DNA from: an uncultured Gammaproteobacteria bacterium | Lineage (GTDB): Bacteria > Patescibacteriota > Patescibacteriia > Patescibacteriales > UBA12465 | NCBI GenBank assembly: GCA_964639785.1 | Contig: CAZXEE010000001.1 | Location: 314,556-378,555 of the forward strand | Direction: 5' to 3' | Length of the DNA stretch: 64,000 nt | In this document: piece after piece, positions 10,454 to 19,789 of the stretch | Numbering within the stretch: position 1 is the first letter of the stretch | How the letters are laid out: every line of letters begins with the position of its first letter | Made by a program: the position numbers and the translations under genes | Notes under the pieces: model-generated | Database searches by the model: none | The model's input: the letters and a program-made list of their open reading frames with translations, nothing else | What the model was told of the DNA's origin: nothing

Positions 10454-11683
10454 ATGACTGATAATAACAAACAATTAAGCCGATTATTCTCTCAGCCTTT
10501 CCTGAGTGCTTTTTTCGTGGATTTCGAGGCCTTGCCTGTCAAGGAGGATTTTTTGAAAAAAGCTGATGATATCCTGGCAAAATATGAGACTAGAGAAATA
10601 GACTGGCAATTAGAAAAATCATTGCGCCGGCATAACGACTTGTTGGTTTCTTTTGCAGTATCTAAGGCGGAAAATTCAGCTTTGACTCTGGCGGAAGCGG
10701 ATGAGGTTTACAAGTTGATCGAAGAACAGAAAGACTATGCTTTTTTGCATCGCAAGCTGAAGAAAGGGGAGAAGTTAACCCAGAAAGATCATGATCGTTT
10801 AGAGTATTTTAATATCGCCAAGACTTTTTGGGAATTGAATGAGACTGGAATCAAGATTCAGGACCTGACTCCGGAATTATTGACCGATTTGCATCGCCAG
10901 CTGACTGCCGGACTGGATGTCTTCTCTGATCATTTAGATAAATTCGAAACTTATCGTAGCGGCCATTTCAGGAATAACGATGAGACCAGGGTGACTAATT
11001 TCGTTCCGGCACCGCATCGGGAGATAGAGCCTAGTGTTAGGGAATTGATCAGTTGGATCAAACAGAATCCATCAGCTTTAAATGTCTTCATTTTCCATGC
11101 CGCTTTGTATGCCTTGCATCCTTTCAAGAACGGCAACAAGAGAGTATGCCGTATCTTGGAACATTTCCTTCTGCAGGATCTTGGTTACAACCAGAAGAAT
11201 CTCTATAGCCCGTCCTATTATTACCACAAGCACAAGGATAAGTATTACAAGAACTTGATCGAGGCTCTCTATAAGCGTAACCTGAATTATTTTGTCTCCT
11301 TCGCTTCTGAGGCTTTGTTCTTTTCCATTATCGGAGTAATCGTTGGCGTCTTGCAACGGAACAAGGCGGAATTTTTGGAAGCGAGCGGATTAGAAAAAAA
11401 TATCGCCAAAGTTTTGAAGCCTTTGGCAAAGTGCTCTGAAGTCCGGTTTGCCCGTTTTTATGCTTTATCTAAAAGGAAGGTAGCCCGCCAGACATTTGTT
11501 AACTATCTGGGCTTGGCGGTCGAGAGTGGAGTCTTGAAGAAAAGGGAACAGGGCCGGAATGTCTATTATTCTCTGGCCGGGAATTATCCGGAAGAAGCCT
11601 TGTTAGCTGATTTGCTGTCCCAGGCTCGGGAGAGATTCAATTATCTGCCGGAAGAGTTTGTCGGCTACGCGACGAAATTATAA
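10454..11683 (+). CDS. Fic/Doc family protein with a Doc-type active-site motif and a C-terminal winged HTH
   Basis: HPFKNGNKRVCR matches the Doc consensus HxFx(D/N)(A/G)NKR rather than the Fic HPFx(D/E)GNGR. The in-frame ATG at 10454 is downstream of the promoter. The track ORF began at a GTG at 10412 inside the -10 element. Confidence 0.7.
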   Translation: MTDNNKQLSRLFSQPFLSAFFVDFEALPVKEDFLKKADDILAKYETREIDWQLEKSLRRHNDLLVSFAVSKAENSALTLAEADEVYKLIEEQKDYAFLHRKLKKGEKLTQKDHDRLEYFNIAKTFWELNETGIKIQDLTPELLTDLHRQLTAGLDVFSDHLDKFETYRSGHFRNNDETRVTNFVPAPHREIEPSVRELISWIKQNPSALNVFIFHAALYALHPFKNGNKRVCRILEHFLLQDLGYNQKNLYSPSYYYHKHKDKYYKNLIEALYKRNLNYFVSFASEALFFSIIGVIVGVLQRNKAEFLEASGLEKNIAKVLKPLAKCSEVRFARFYALSKRKVARQTFVNYLGLAVESGVLKKREQGRNVYYSLAGNYPEEALLADLLSQARERFNYLPEEFVGYATKL

Positions 11684-11698
11684 TCAATGGTCAATTGA

Positions 11699-11727
11699 GA
11701 CCGCCCTTTGCCGGGCGGTTTTTTTGT
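11699..11727 (+). terminator. Rho-independent terminator
   Basis: gaccgccctttgccgggcggtttttttg. Confidence 0.8.
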
Positions 11728-11840
11728 TTTTTGGCGCTCTAAAAAATTTAGTTTCAGTTTAGGCTCCCTTTAGGCGTCTTCTGCTATGATAGGATCACTC
11801 TCAGATTTCGCGCGGATTTGAGAGTATAATTAATATTCTT

Positions 11841-12791
11841 ATGAAAAAAATAAAACAATTGGTTTTTCGGCTTTCCCGCTATAGGCTCTGGCTGATTATC
11901 GGTTCTAGTGCCTTGCTGGTTATCTTGGGCTTGGCCTACGGAATAATCTATGGCCGTCTCTGGTTGGCGTTGCCAGACGGAATCAAAGCCGATATCGCTA
12001 TCAACCGCTTGGGAGTCAGCAGCTACAATGATCTTGTTTGTCATGAGTCTTGTTTCTATGAACGTCAGGTATATAAGCAAGTGATCGCTGCTAATCTGGA
12101 GAAGGAAAAAATTGCAGCCAGGGTTGAGAGCTTGATTCTGGCCGAGGATAATAATCTGAGGTTTAGGCTGGAGCTGCTTGATGCTTTGTCATTTAAGGAT
12201 GGTTTGCGCCTGCCGGATTATTTGGGAAATTATCTGGCTAGCGGTGAAGAGGAGGCGGTTAAGGAAAAAATCAGAGAAGTCTTTGGATTGGATAGGGCTT
12301 CTAGCGTTGAGTTAATAGATCGCTTAAAAAATTCTTCGTCGACAGCCGAGCGGATTGATCTCTTAGATTCTTTGCGGGAGAAATCAGATTCATCTCTGGC
12401 TGGTTTTTATCTGGATCTTGTTATTAATGAGTCTGATTTGAAAATAAAGAATGGCGCTTTGTTGGCACTGAGTAATTTGGTGCCAAGTTCTGACTATGTT
12501 TCAGATGATTTTTTGTCCAAGATTCGGAGGACGATATTTGATCCGGCCACTAATCAATATTTGCGCAAGGAATTAATTCTTCTCTTAGGAGATTATCTGT
12601 CAATTCAAGAAAAGATAGTTAATCAGCTGCTGGTAGATATCTATTCGGATGAAGCAGTCATCGACAAGTTTAGCCGTTTGTTCGCGGCTGGAATATTGAA
12701 TCGCCTGAGTGCCAATAGTTATGCCGAACCGGAAATCAGCAGCAGTGAATGGCAAGCCTATCGGGATGGCAATAGTTTGTGGGGGAATTGA
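11841..12791 (+). CDS. Hypothetical membrane-anchored protein with an alpha-helical (HEAT/ARM-like) repeat region
   Basis: N-terminal signal anchor (LWLIIGSSALLVILGLAYGIIYG) followed by Leu-rich helical repeats. No recognisable catalytic motif. Confidence 0.4.
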   Translation: MKKIKQLVFRLSRYRLWLIIGSSALLVILGLAYGIIYGRLWLALPDGIKADIAINRLGVSSYNDLVCHESCFYERQVYKQVIAANLEKEKIAARVESLILAEDNNLRFRLELLDALSFKDGLRLPDYLGNYLASGEEEAVKEKIREVFGLDRASSVELIDRLKNSSSTAERIDLLDSLREKSDSSLAGFYLDLVINESDLKIKNGALLALSNLVPSSDYVSDDFLSKIRRTIFDPATNQYLRKELILLLGDYLSIQEKIVNQLLVDIYSDEAVIDKFSRLFAAGILNRLSANSYAEPEISSSEWQAYRDGNSLWGN

Positions 12792-12849
12792 TAGGGCGTT
12801 GGGATTGGCTTGAAGGCCATGATTGATTATAGAAAATAAGCCGTTATTT

Positions 12850-15800
12850 ATGGATAAAAAAATTAAATGGCTAGTCTGTTCTTTAGTATTTGTTTTCAGC
12901 TTGTTTATCGGTTTGAAGCCAGCTTCGGCTATGCCTCTAGGCACTATTCTGTATCGCACGTCTTCGAATAATAATGCTTATGGTTATAGTTCCAAGGATT
13001 TGTTAGTGGTCAATAAAGTCGGCTTAGTCACCAACTTGTATACCGGCCATACTGGAATCTATATCGGTAAGGAAAATGGAATTGATTATGTGGCCGAAGC
13101 TTTGCCGAGCGGATTAGTTAAGACACCGGCTAAGTATTTTTTGAATACGCGGGCAGGGGAGAAATTGATCGGAGCTAAGATCCCCAAAAATTTAACCGAA
13201 GAACAGCGGGAGAAGGTAATATCTCTGGCTCGTAATCTAACCGATGCCAAGATGAAATACGATTTTGATTTTAGGCACCAGAAGGGTTCGGAGAGCGGCC
13301 AATGGACCTGCGTTGGTTTTGTCGAGAAAATCTACGAGAGCGCCAACATCATCAATCCGAAAGATCTAGATGCTTTAGTCTATGATCAAAATGAATATGC
13401 CATCGATATCACTCCGGACGGATTTGATAATACCAGTGTCTATAATTCTAAGACCGGAGATGTCTTTTCGACGACCAAGGAATTTTCTAAGATTTCCCGT
13501 CGGCCTCGGATGCTGGTACCGGCTCCGGAAATTATCGGCTATGATGCCGGATTGGAGAAAGGCGATGACCGTTATTTCTTTATTCCGCACACCCAGTTCT
13601 TGCAACCGACCCTGGAAGATGTTCCGGTTGATATCGATTTGAGTAGCGATTTTAATGATGAGACAATCAGGGGCAAAGCACCGCAATTGGCTCTGATTTT
13701 CAAGTGGAGCTTGATCAACAATCCGAGCTCTACTTTACGTCAGGTATTGGCAGCGGCGAAAGACAAGATTAAATCTTTATTTAAAAGTGAACCAGCTCTA
13801 GCTGTTTCGGTGGTGGATAACAAGAAGGCGACAACTACTAAAAAGGCAACTACTGCCACCAAGGTTAAGACTACTAAAAAAACTACGACTACGAAGGCTA
13901 AAAAGGCTGCTACCGCTAAAAAGACTACGACGGCTAAAGCTAAAGTAACGACAGCTGCTAGCACGAAAAAGGCGGCAACTACCACAGCTAAAGTTGCCAA
14001 GAAAATTGTTGCCAATAAAGCTACTTCCAGTCCTAAAGTTGTGGTTAGTACTAAGAAGCCGGTGGTTGCTGATCAGAAAAAGATTGAACCGGAAGCGGAT
14101 AAGCCGACAGTTAAGCCGGTTGCTCCTAGCGTTGTCCCGGCTAACAATCCAGTGGTTAATAATTATCATACTACGGTGGTCAATAACCCTCCGGCTGAGA
14201 CCAAGAAGCTGATATTGATAGGAGAAGTAGGGACTGATTGGTTAGAGCTTTATAATCCTAACGAAGAAGCAATTGATCTTTCAGATGGCGCTTATCGCTT
14301 GGAAAAATCTAAGACGGCAGTTGATCCTGGAATCATGGTGCGGTTTGGCAATGAGAGCGACGGCCTCTATCCGGGCGGGGTGGAGATTCCGGCATCGGGT
14401 TCATATCTGGTAGTTTCCCAAGATGCCAGTGCGGAATTGAAGGCTAAGGCGGATGCAATCGTCAGTAATGATAATTTTTCTTGGGGTGAATCCGGTTATA
14501 CCATTTATCTGGGTGTTGGAGCTATCAGCAGTAATACTGATCCTGATATTATTGATTTTGTCGGTTTTGGCCCGGAAGCCAAATATTTTGAAGGTAGTGC
14601 TCCGGCCGGAGCTTTGGTTCCTAATTCTATTTTGGTCCGTAAAGCTAAGGCTGATTCGACTGTCGCTAGTTTGATGCCAGGCGGTGTCGATGAACTATTG
14701 GGTCATGCTTATGATACTAATCAGAACCAAAGCGATTTTGTCTTGTTGGATTTGAATCCGGTTGGAGAAAATAATAATAATGATAACACAGGGTCGGAAG
14801 ATGATAATTCAGCGACTTCAACTGATTCAGTGGCTAGCTCGACGCCGAAGATTGTGATCTCCCGAATTTATGCGACCGGTGATGATGATTATATTGATCT
14901 GTATAATGATAGTGATGAAGATTTTGATCTGACTCTAAATAATTATCGTTTGGAAAAGGCTAAGAGCGCGGCTGATCCAATGATTATGATGCGATTTGGC
15001 AATGAGAATGATGGTTCTTATCCGCGGGGAATGGTAATCAAAGCCCGATCGTATTATCGGATAGTCCGTGATGAGGCTAGTGCTGAAATTAAGGCTACGG
15101 CCCATGCCATCGCTTCCGGCAATAATTTTACTTTCGATGGCTCCGGTTACGCTTTATATTTAGGACAGGATAGTATCAGCTCGTCCGATGATGCCGATAT
15201 TATAGATTTGGTTGGTTTTGGTCTGGACGCTATTTATTATGAAGGTTCTGGCCCAGCTCCGGCGATAGTGGATGAAGGTTATCTGACTCGCAAGGCTAAC
15301 GCTAGCTCAACGATTGAGAGTTTGTCTCAGGGTGGATCAGAATATGCTCTAGGCGCTTCCTATGATAGTGACAATAATCGATCGGATTTCTTGTTGATTG
15401 GAGGGGAACCAGGATCATCAGAAATGGTTGGTGGTTATGATTCTCCGGGTTTGGCACATCTCTGGCATTTCAATGAATGTCGGGGTGAGGTAATAGAGGA
15501 TTCAGTTGGCAAGAGTGATTTTGCGGCTAAGTTTGATTGGCGGATAGGAAAATGGGGTTGTGCTTTTGAGCGGAAATTTCCCGAGGACAAACTACAAACT
15601 AGTTTTAGTGCGCTAAGCAGCAAGGGATTATCCATCGTTTTTAATTATCGCGGTTCTACTAATTGGGGCCGGACTTCTTTTGCCTTGTCCGGACCGGATG
15701 GCGGTGTCAGCGTTATCTTCGGTCCGCTTTTTGCTGAGTCTAGTGGCCTGCCGACTATGTTCCGGTCTGATAGTATCAAGTGGCCGAATGATGGAACCTG

Positions 15801-16671
15801 GCATCAAGGCGCCTTTGTTCTTAATAGCTCAGATGATTATTGGGAATTATATTTGGATGGCAAACAAGTTTATCGGGAATATTTTCAAGCGATATATTCG
15901 AAAGAGTTTACCGGACTGGAAATAAATACCGGAAACTATTTGGATGAAGTGGGGCTTTGGGGTCGAGCTTTGAGTGGAGAAGAAATTAATGGCATATTTG
16001 CCTCTCAGCTAGAATTGGCTCCGGTGAAGACCAGGGAGGCACAAATCGATCCAGTTGAAATCCATCATTGGAGTTTTAATGAAAGGGTTGGAATGGAAGC
16101 GGCCGATGATTATTCCAGTAGCAGCTTATTTATAGATCGGACTCAGTGGGTTAGGTTGGGCCATGAAGGCGCCGCTATTTCACATATTTATTCTGTTAAT
16201 AGAAAAATGTCGGTTAATCTGGCTCAAGAGATAAAGAGCGATGATCTGAGTATTGATTTTTGGTGGCGTAATCGCAGTTATTCTAGCGAGTCGCGAGGGA
16301 ATATCAGTTTGCTTGGCGATAATGATAAGCGGCTTTTCGGTTTGATATTCAGTCCTTACCGCCCGGGTTATTACATTAGCGGCAATTATGGCATGATCAG
16401 TGAAGGTCTAGGGTCAACTTTGCCACACGACAACTCTTGGCATCATTTGGTCCTAGTTTATGATTCTTATGAATATTCATTGAATTTCTATGTCGATGGC
16501 GAATTGAAATATAGCATTCCGCACCCTTGGATAGCTGATGAGGCTATCAAGAAGATAGAGATCTATAATGAACTTCGGGAATATGAATTAGATGATTTAA
16601 GTATTTGGCAGGGAGCTCTAAAGGCTTCCCAGGTTAAAGCTATTTACCAAAACGAAACAGGTGGTAATTAG
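12850..16671 (+). CDS. Giant secreted multidomain protein: signal peptide, permuted papain-like amidase (Peptidase_C92/YiiX, NlpC/P60 superfamily), Thr/Lys/Ala-rich linker, 2 lamin-tail domains (LTD), 2 LamG/ConA-like lectin domains
   Basis: Signal peptide MDKKIKWLVCSLVFVFSLFIGLKPASA. A His-then-Cys permuted papain core (YTGHTGIYIG ... QWTCVGFVEKIY). A TTTKKATTATK linker. LTD signatures at ILIGEVGTDWLELYNPNEE and IVISRIYATGDDDYIDLYNDSDE. LamG_3-like blocks at WHQGAFVLNSSDDYWELYLDGKQVY and WHHLVLVYDSYEYSLNFYVDGEL. The upstream TTG at 12823 is probably not the start. Confidence 0.75.
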   Translation: MDKKIKWLVCSLVFVFSLFIGLKPASAMPLGTILYRTSSNNNAYGYSSKDLLVVNKVGLVTNLYTGHTGIYIGKENGIDYVAEALPSGLVKTPAKYFLNTRAGEKLIGAKIPKNLTEEQREKVISLARNLTDAKMKYDFDFRHQKGSESGQWTCVGFVEKIYESANIINPKDLDALVYDQNEYAIDITPDGFDNTSVYNSKTGDVFSTTKEFSKISRRPRMLVPAPEIIGYDAGLEKGDDRYFFIPHTQFLQPTLEDVPVDIDLSSDFNDETIRGKAPQLALIFKWSLINNPSSTLRQVLAAAKDKIKSLFKSEPALAVSVVDNKKATTTKKATTATKVKTTKKTTTTKAKKAATAKKTTTAKAKVTTAASTKKAATTTAKVAKKIVANKATSSPKVVVSTKKPVVADQKKIEPEADKPTVKPVAPSVVPANNPVVNNYHTTVVNNPPAETKKLILIGEVGTDWLELYNPNEEAIDLSDGAYRLEKSKTAVDPGIMVRFGNESDGLYPGGVEIPASGSYLVVSQDASAELKAKADAIVSNDNFSWGESGYTIYLGVGAISSNTDPDIIDFVGFGPEAKYFEGSAPAGALVPNSILVRKAKADSTVASLMPGGVDELLGHAYDTNQNQSDFVLLDLNPVGENNNNDNTGSEDDNSATSTDSVASSTPKIVISRIYATGDDDYIDLYNDSDEDFDLTLNNYRLEKAKSAADPMIMMRFGNENDGSYPRGMVIKARSYYRIVRDEASAEIKATAHAIASGNNFTFDGSGYALYLGQDSISSSDDADIIDLVGFGLDAIYYEGSGPAPAIVDEGYLTRKANASSTIESLSQGGSEYALGASYDSDNNRSDFLLIGGEPGSSEMVGGYDSPGLAHLWHFNECRGEVIEDSVGKSDFAAKFDWRIGKWGCAFERKFPEDKLQTSFSALSSKGLSIVFNYRGSTNWGRTSFALSGPDGGVSVIFGPLFAESSGLPTMFRSDSIKWPNDGTWHQGAFVLNSSDDYWELYLDGKQVYREYFQAIYSKEFTGLEINTGNYLDEVGLWGRALSGEEINGIFASQLELAPVKTREAQIDPVEIHHWSFNERVGMEAADDYSSSSLFIDRTQWVRLGHEGAAISHIYSVNRKMSVNLAQEIKSDDLSIDFWWRNRSYSSESRGNISLLGDNDKRLFGLIFSPYRPGYYISGNYGMISEGLGSTLPHDNSWHHLVLVYDSYEYSLNFYVDGELKYSIPHPWIADEAIKKIEIYNELREYELDDLSIWQGALKASQVKAIYQNETGGN
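13810..14055 (+). repeat. Coding low-complexity tandem repeat (ACT/ACG/AAA/GCT-rich) encoding a (K/A/T)n linker
   Basis: Reiterated act-act-aaa-aag-gc units that translate to KKATTTKKATTATKVKTTKKTTTTKAKKAATAKKTTTAKAK... Confidence 0.7.
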
Positions 16672-16692
16672 TTTTCCGTTTGCTAGATAATA

Positions 16693-16724
16693 AAATAACA
16701 GGCTTTTAAAGGCCTGTTATTTTA
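16693..16724. terminator. Bidirectional terminator between convergent genes
   Basis: aataacaggcttttaaaggcctgttatttt. Confidence 0.8.
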
Positions 16725-16746
16725 TTATTTGATATCTATTCTTATT

Positions 16747-17652
16747 TTATTTCTCCAACATTTTCAAAGCTTTCTGCAATGGATAGTCATGGTAGATAAT
16801 ACCTGAAATAGCTTTGGCTATTTTAATAGCTTCTTTCAGTGGGTATTGGTGTAGGTTGCGGCCGATGGCGCTGCCGGCAGTTTGGGAGATGTGAATCTGT
16901 TCATCAATATGCTTCAATAGTTCAGCTGGGCTCATTTTGGATCCGCCAACACAAATTACTTTGGTCCGTCCGGCTGCTTCCACTACGGTCTTGAATTCTT
17001 TGGCGGTTCCTTCCGGTCCGCCATAGGGATACATGACCTTGACGAAATCAGCTCCTAGGCAAGCGGCGACTCCAGCACCTCCGGCAATGACGTTGATGTC
17101 ATTTTCATTGGGGACGTTTCGGCCTCGTGGGTACATCCAGATGATTGCCAGGAGTCCTTGGCTGTGAGCGTCTTTGATAATTTGGGCAGCTTCTCTGAGT
17201 ATTTCCGATTCCAATTCTCCACCGAGATAGACGGTATAGCCGACACCGACGATATTTAACTTGCTCTGTTTCTTGAAATCTTTGACGTCATCGACATCAT
17301 ACCAGGCATAGCTGACTGGATCATGATCCTTGGTGGTTAGCAGATTAGTTTTGGAATTCAGTTTGATGACATATGGAATGTTGGGGTAGTCTTTGCCGTA
17401 GCGGTCAATTAATCCTAATTGGGCGGCGAAGACTCCGATTTCCGCCTGGCTGGCTATCCTGAATAAGTGTTCTGGATCCTGGTCTTCATCGGAAATATTC
17501 GGCCCCTTAAAATCGCTATTCAGATGTTCGACTTTTTGGTCTCCGGCAAAGAGTAGAAGCCGGCCGGTGTCTTTGGTAACGAGGCGATAGTTTCTGCTAT
17601 ATTCTCTGGCCATAGAAGCCGGGACGGTTAGAGGCGGGTTGATTTTGAGCAT
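16747..17652 (-). CDS. fba: Fructose-bisphosphate aldolase, class I, archaeal/DhnA type
   Basis: The DhnA-family pattern, including DFVKVMYPYGGP...VICVGGSKMS. Length 301 aa. Confidence 0.75.
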   Translation of the reverse strand: MLKINPPLTVPASMAREYSRNYRLVTKDTGRLLLFAGDQKVEHLNSDFKGPNISDEDQDPEHLFRIASQAEIGVFAAQLGLIDRYGKDYPNIPYVIKLNSKTNLLTTKDHDPVSYAWYDVDDVKDFKKQSKLNIVGVGYTVYLGGELESEILREAAQIIKDAHSQGLLAIIWMYPRGRNVPNENDINVIAGGAGVAACLGADFVKVMYPYGGPEGTAKEFKTVVEAAGRTKVICVGGSKMSPAELLKHIDEQIHISQTAGSAIGRNLHQYPLKEAIKIAKAISGIIYHDYPLQKALKMLEK

Positions 17653-17715
17653 ATGGTTATTTTATAATTTATATTTATTATGCTATAATTATACCATAAT
17701 TCGTTAAATAACCAT

Positions 17716-18624
17716 ATGGCGAAAAATGATCTGAATAAAGAGCTGGATCTGAACAGATATCAGGATTTAGGCGGTTTTACTACCAAAAAATTGAATTTAG
17801 GGCTGTGGATCGTATCTCATAGGCGTCAATTCGTATTGGGAGTTACCGGAACCCTGATTGGTATTTCGGCTATCTTCTATGGTTATTCGATTTATAATTA
17901 TGTTGATTATCTGTATTTCGGCGGTAAGGCTGAGAGGGAAGCGATAGAAAACCTGGCTAATACTTCGGCTATCGATGAAGCCCAAAGGATCAAGAACGCA
18001 GCTAAAGAATTAGAGAAATCTAATCCTCGCGTCTTTTCTAATAATGGCAAGTATGATTTCTTGGCCCAAGTCAAGAATCCGAATACTAATTTTTTCGCTG
18101 ATCTCAATTATTGCTTTACCGATGGAGCCACGGAATTAGCTTGCGGTTCGACTTTTATCCTGCCGGATGAGACTAAGTATGTTACGATCTTTTCGCAGGA
18201 ATTGAAATTCAAGCCAGTTAACATCTCTGTAGTGATCAAGAATGTCAGCTGGAGGCGTTTAGACCTGCATAAGTATCCGGATTGGAAGACCTATGCCGCT
18301 ACTCATTTGAATTTTGCCGTTGAGAATGCTTCCTTCAAGACTTCGGAGGCTAGCGGATTATCGGAAAAAATCGGTTTGGATATTTTGGAATTCGATATCA
18401 CCAATAAGACAGCCTATAATTATTGGGAGGTGCCGGTTAATATCATCGTTTCAGCTAGCGGTAATCCGGTGGCTATCAATCATTATTCCTTGACTGAGTT
18501 CGTTTCCGGTGCTAAGAAATCAGTTCGTCTGTCTTGGCCGGATTCTATACCGAAGCCTGACCAGATTTCTGTCATTCCTAACTTGAATATTTCTGATGAT
18601 AATATATTCATGAAATATCAGTAA
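17716..18624 (+). CDS. Hypothetical membrane-anchored (type II) protein
   Basis: A single N-terminal TM (LGLWIVSHRRQFVLGVTGTLIGISAIFYGY) followed by a soluble domain with no known motif. A TGcTATAAT promoter element sits at about 17680-17688. Confidence 0.4.
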   Translation: MAKNDLNKELDLNRYQDLGGFTTKKLNLGLWIVSHRRQFVLGVTGTLIGISAIFYGYSIYNYVDYLYFGGKAEREAIENLANTSAIDEAQRIKNAAKELEKSNPRVFSNNGKYDFLAQVKNPNTNFFADLNYCFTDGATELACGSTFILPDETKYVTIFSQELKFKPVNISVVIKNVSWRRLDLHKYPDWKTYAATHLNFAVENASFKTSEASGLSEKIGLDILEFDITNKTAYNYWEVPVNIIVSASGNPVAINHYSLTEFVSGAKKSVRLSWPDSIPKPDQISVIPNLNISDDNIFMKYQ

Positions 18625-18644
18625 TTTGTTTAGTTGATAATCAT

Positions 18645-18675
18645 GGCCCATTATCAGTTGATGGGCTTTTATTTA
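18645..18675 (+). terminator. Rho-independent terminator
   Basis: ggcccat tatcagttg atgggc followed by ttttattt. Confidence 0.55.
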
Positions 18676-18682
18676 TAATGAC

Positions 18683-19783
18683 ATGTTGAGTCGGATTAAA
18701 TTATACCTGAAGAACCTCGATTGGTTGCTTTTCACCTCAGTCTTGCTGCTGGCTATTTTTGGTTTGGTTGAAATTTATAGTATTGCCCTCGGACAGGGCA
18801 GCGCTGATCTGACCGATTTCAGGAAGCAGTCTTTCTTTATTTGTCTGGGTGTCTTTCTGCTCCTAGTCTTTTCTTTCGTTGATTTCCAATCCTTAAAAAG
18901 CGTCAATCGCTATCTCTATATCTTCGGCGTAATCTTCTTGTTGGCGGTTTTGCTGGTCGGCGACACTATCAAAGGTACCAAGGGCTGGTTCAATATTATG
19001 GGTTTCGGTATCCAGCCGGTGGAAATCATCAAGATAATTCTAATAATTTTCTTGGCTCGTCTGTTTTCGACGGCCGCTTTCAAGATGCGGCCGCTTAAGT
19101 ATTTCTTGATTTCCGGTCTTAGTACTATGGGGCTGGTAGCCTTGGTCTTGGCTCAGCCTGATTTCGGTTCTTCTTTGATCTTATGCTTTATCTGGGTTTT
19201 CATGTTAATCGTGGCCGGTTTTGATAAGCGGTATTTTATCGTTATTTTTTTGGCCTCAGCTATTGTGTTTACCAGCGCTTGGCTTTTTTTCTTCAAGGAT
19301 TACCAAAAAGAGAGAATCCTGACCTTTTTGAATCCGACCTATAATTCATTGAATCAGGGCTATAACATATCCCAAGCGATCATTGCGGTCGGTTCGGGTG
19401 GAATAACCGGGCGGGGTGTCGGTTTTGGCTCCCAATCACAGCTGAAATTCTTGCCGGAATCGCATACTGACTTCATTTTCGCGGTTATTGCCGAGGAATT
19501 AGGATTTATGGGAATCGTCCTTTTATTGATATTTTATGGCTTATTCTTCTTTTCATGCCTGACTGCTATCCGGAAAAGTAAGGATGATTTTGCCATTTTC
19601 TTCATTTTGGGGTCTATGGGCTTGATTTTTATTGAAATGTTTATTAATATTGGTATGAACATTGGCATTATGCCGGTCGTCGGCATTGCCTTACCCTTTA
19701 TCAGTTATGGTGGTAGCTCTATCATAGCCAGCTTTATACTGATAGGTATTATTCAAAATATTATCATTAAGTCTAAGATTTAA
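18683..19783 (+). CDS. ftsW: SEDS family peptidoglycan glycosyltransferase (FtsW/RodA)
   Basis: About 10 TM segments with the SEDS motif FLPESHTDFIFAVIAEELGFMG. Confidence 0.85.
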   Translation: MLSRIKLYLKNLDWLLFTSVLLLAIFGLVEIYSIALGQGSADLTDFRKQSFFICLGVFLLLVFSFVDFQSLKSVNRYLYIFGVIFLLAVLLVGDTIKGTKGWFNIMGFGIQPVEIIKIILIIFLARLFSTAAFKMRPLKYFLISGLSTMGLVALVLAQPDFGSSLILCFIWVFMLIVAGFDKRYFIVIFLASAIVFTSAWLFFFKDYQKERILTFLNPTYNSLNQGYNISQAIIAVGSGGITGRGVGFGSQSQLKFLPESHTDFIFAVIAEELGFMGIVLLLIFYGLFFFSCLTAIRKSKDDFAIFFILGSMGLIFIEMFINIGMNIGIMPVVGIALPFISYGGSSIIASFILIGIIQNIIIKSKI

Positions 19784-19789
19784 AATCGT

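Noticed and set aside
13740-14212. ORFs 13740-14015(-), 13798-14169(-) and 13994-14212(+) in the repeat region, and a possible CRISPR or tandem array
   Set aside because: Low-complexity translations generated by the coding Thr/Lys/Ala repeat of the giant protein. The repeats are short, imperfect and in-frame coding. They are not spacer-repeat CRISPR units.
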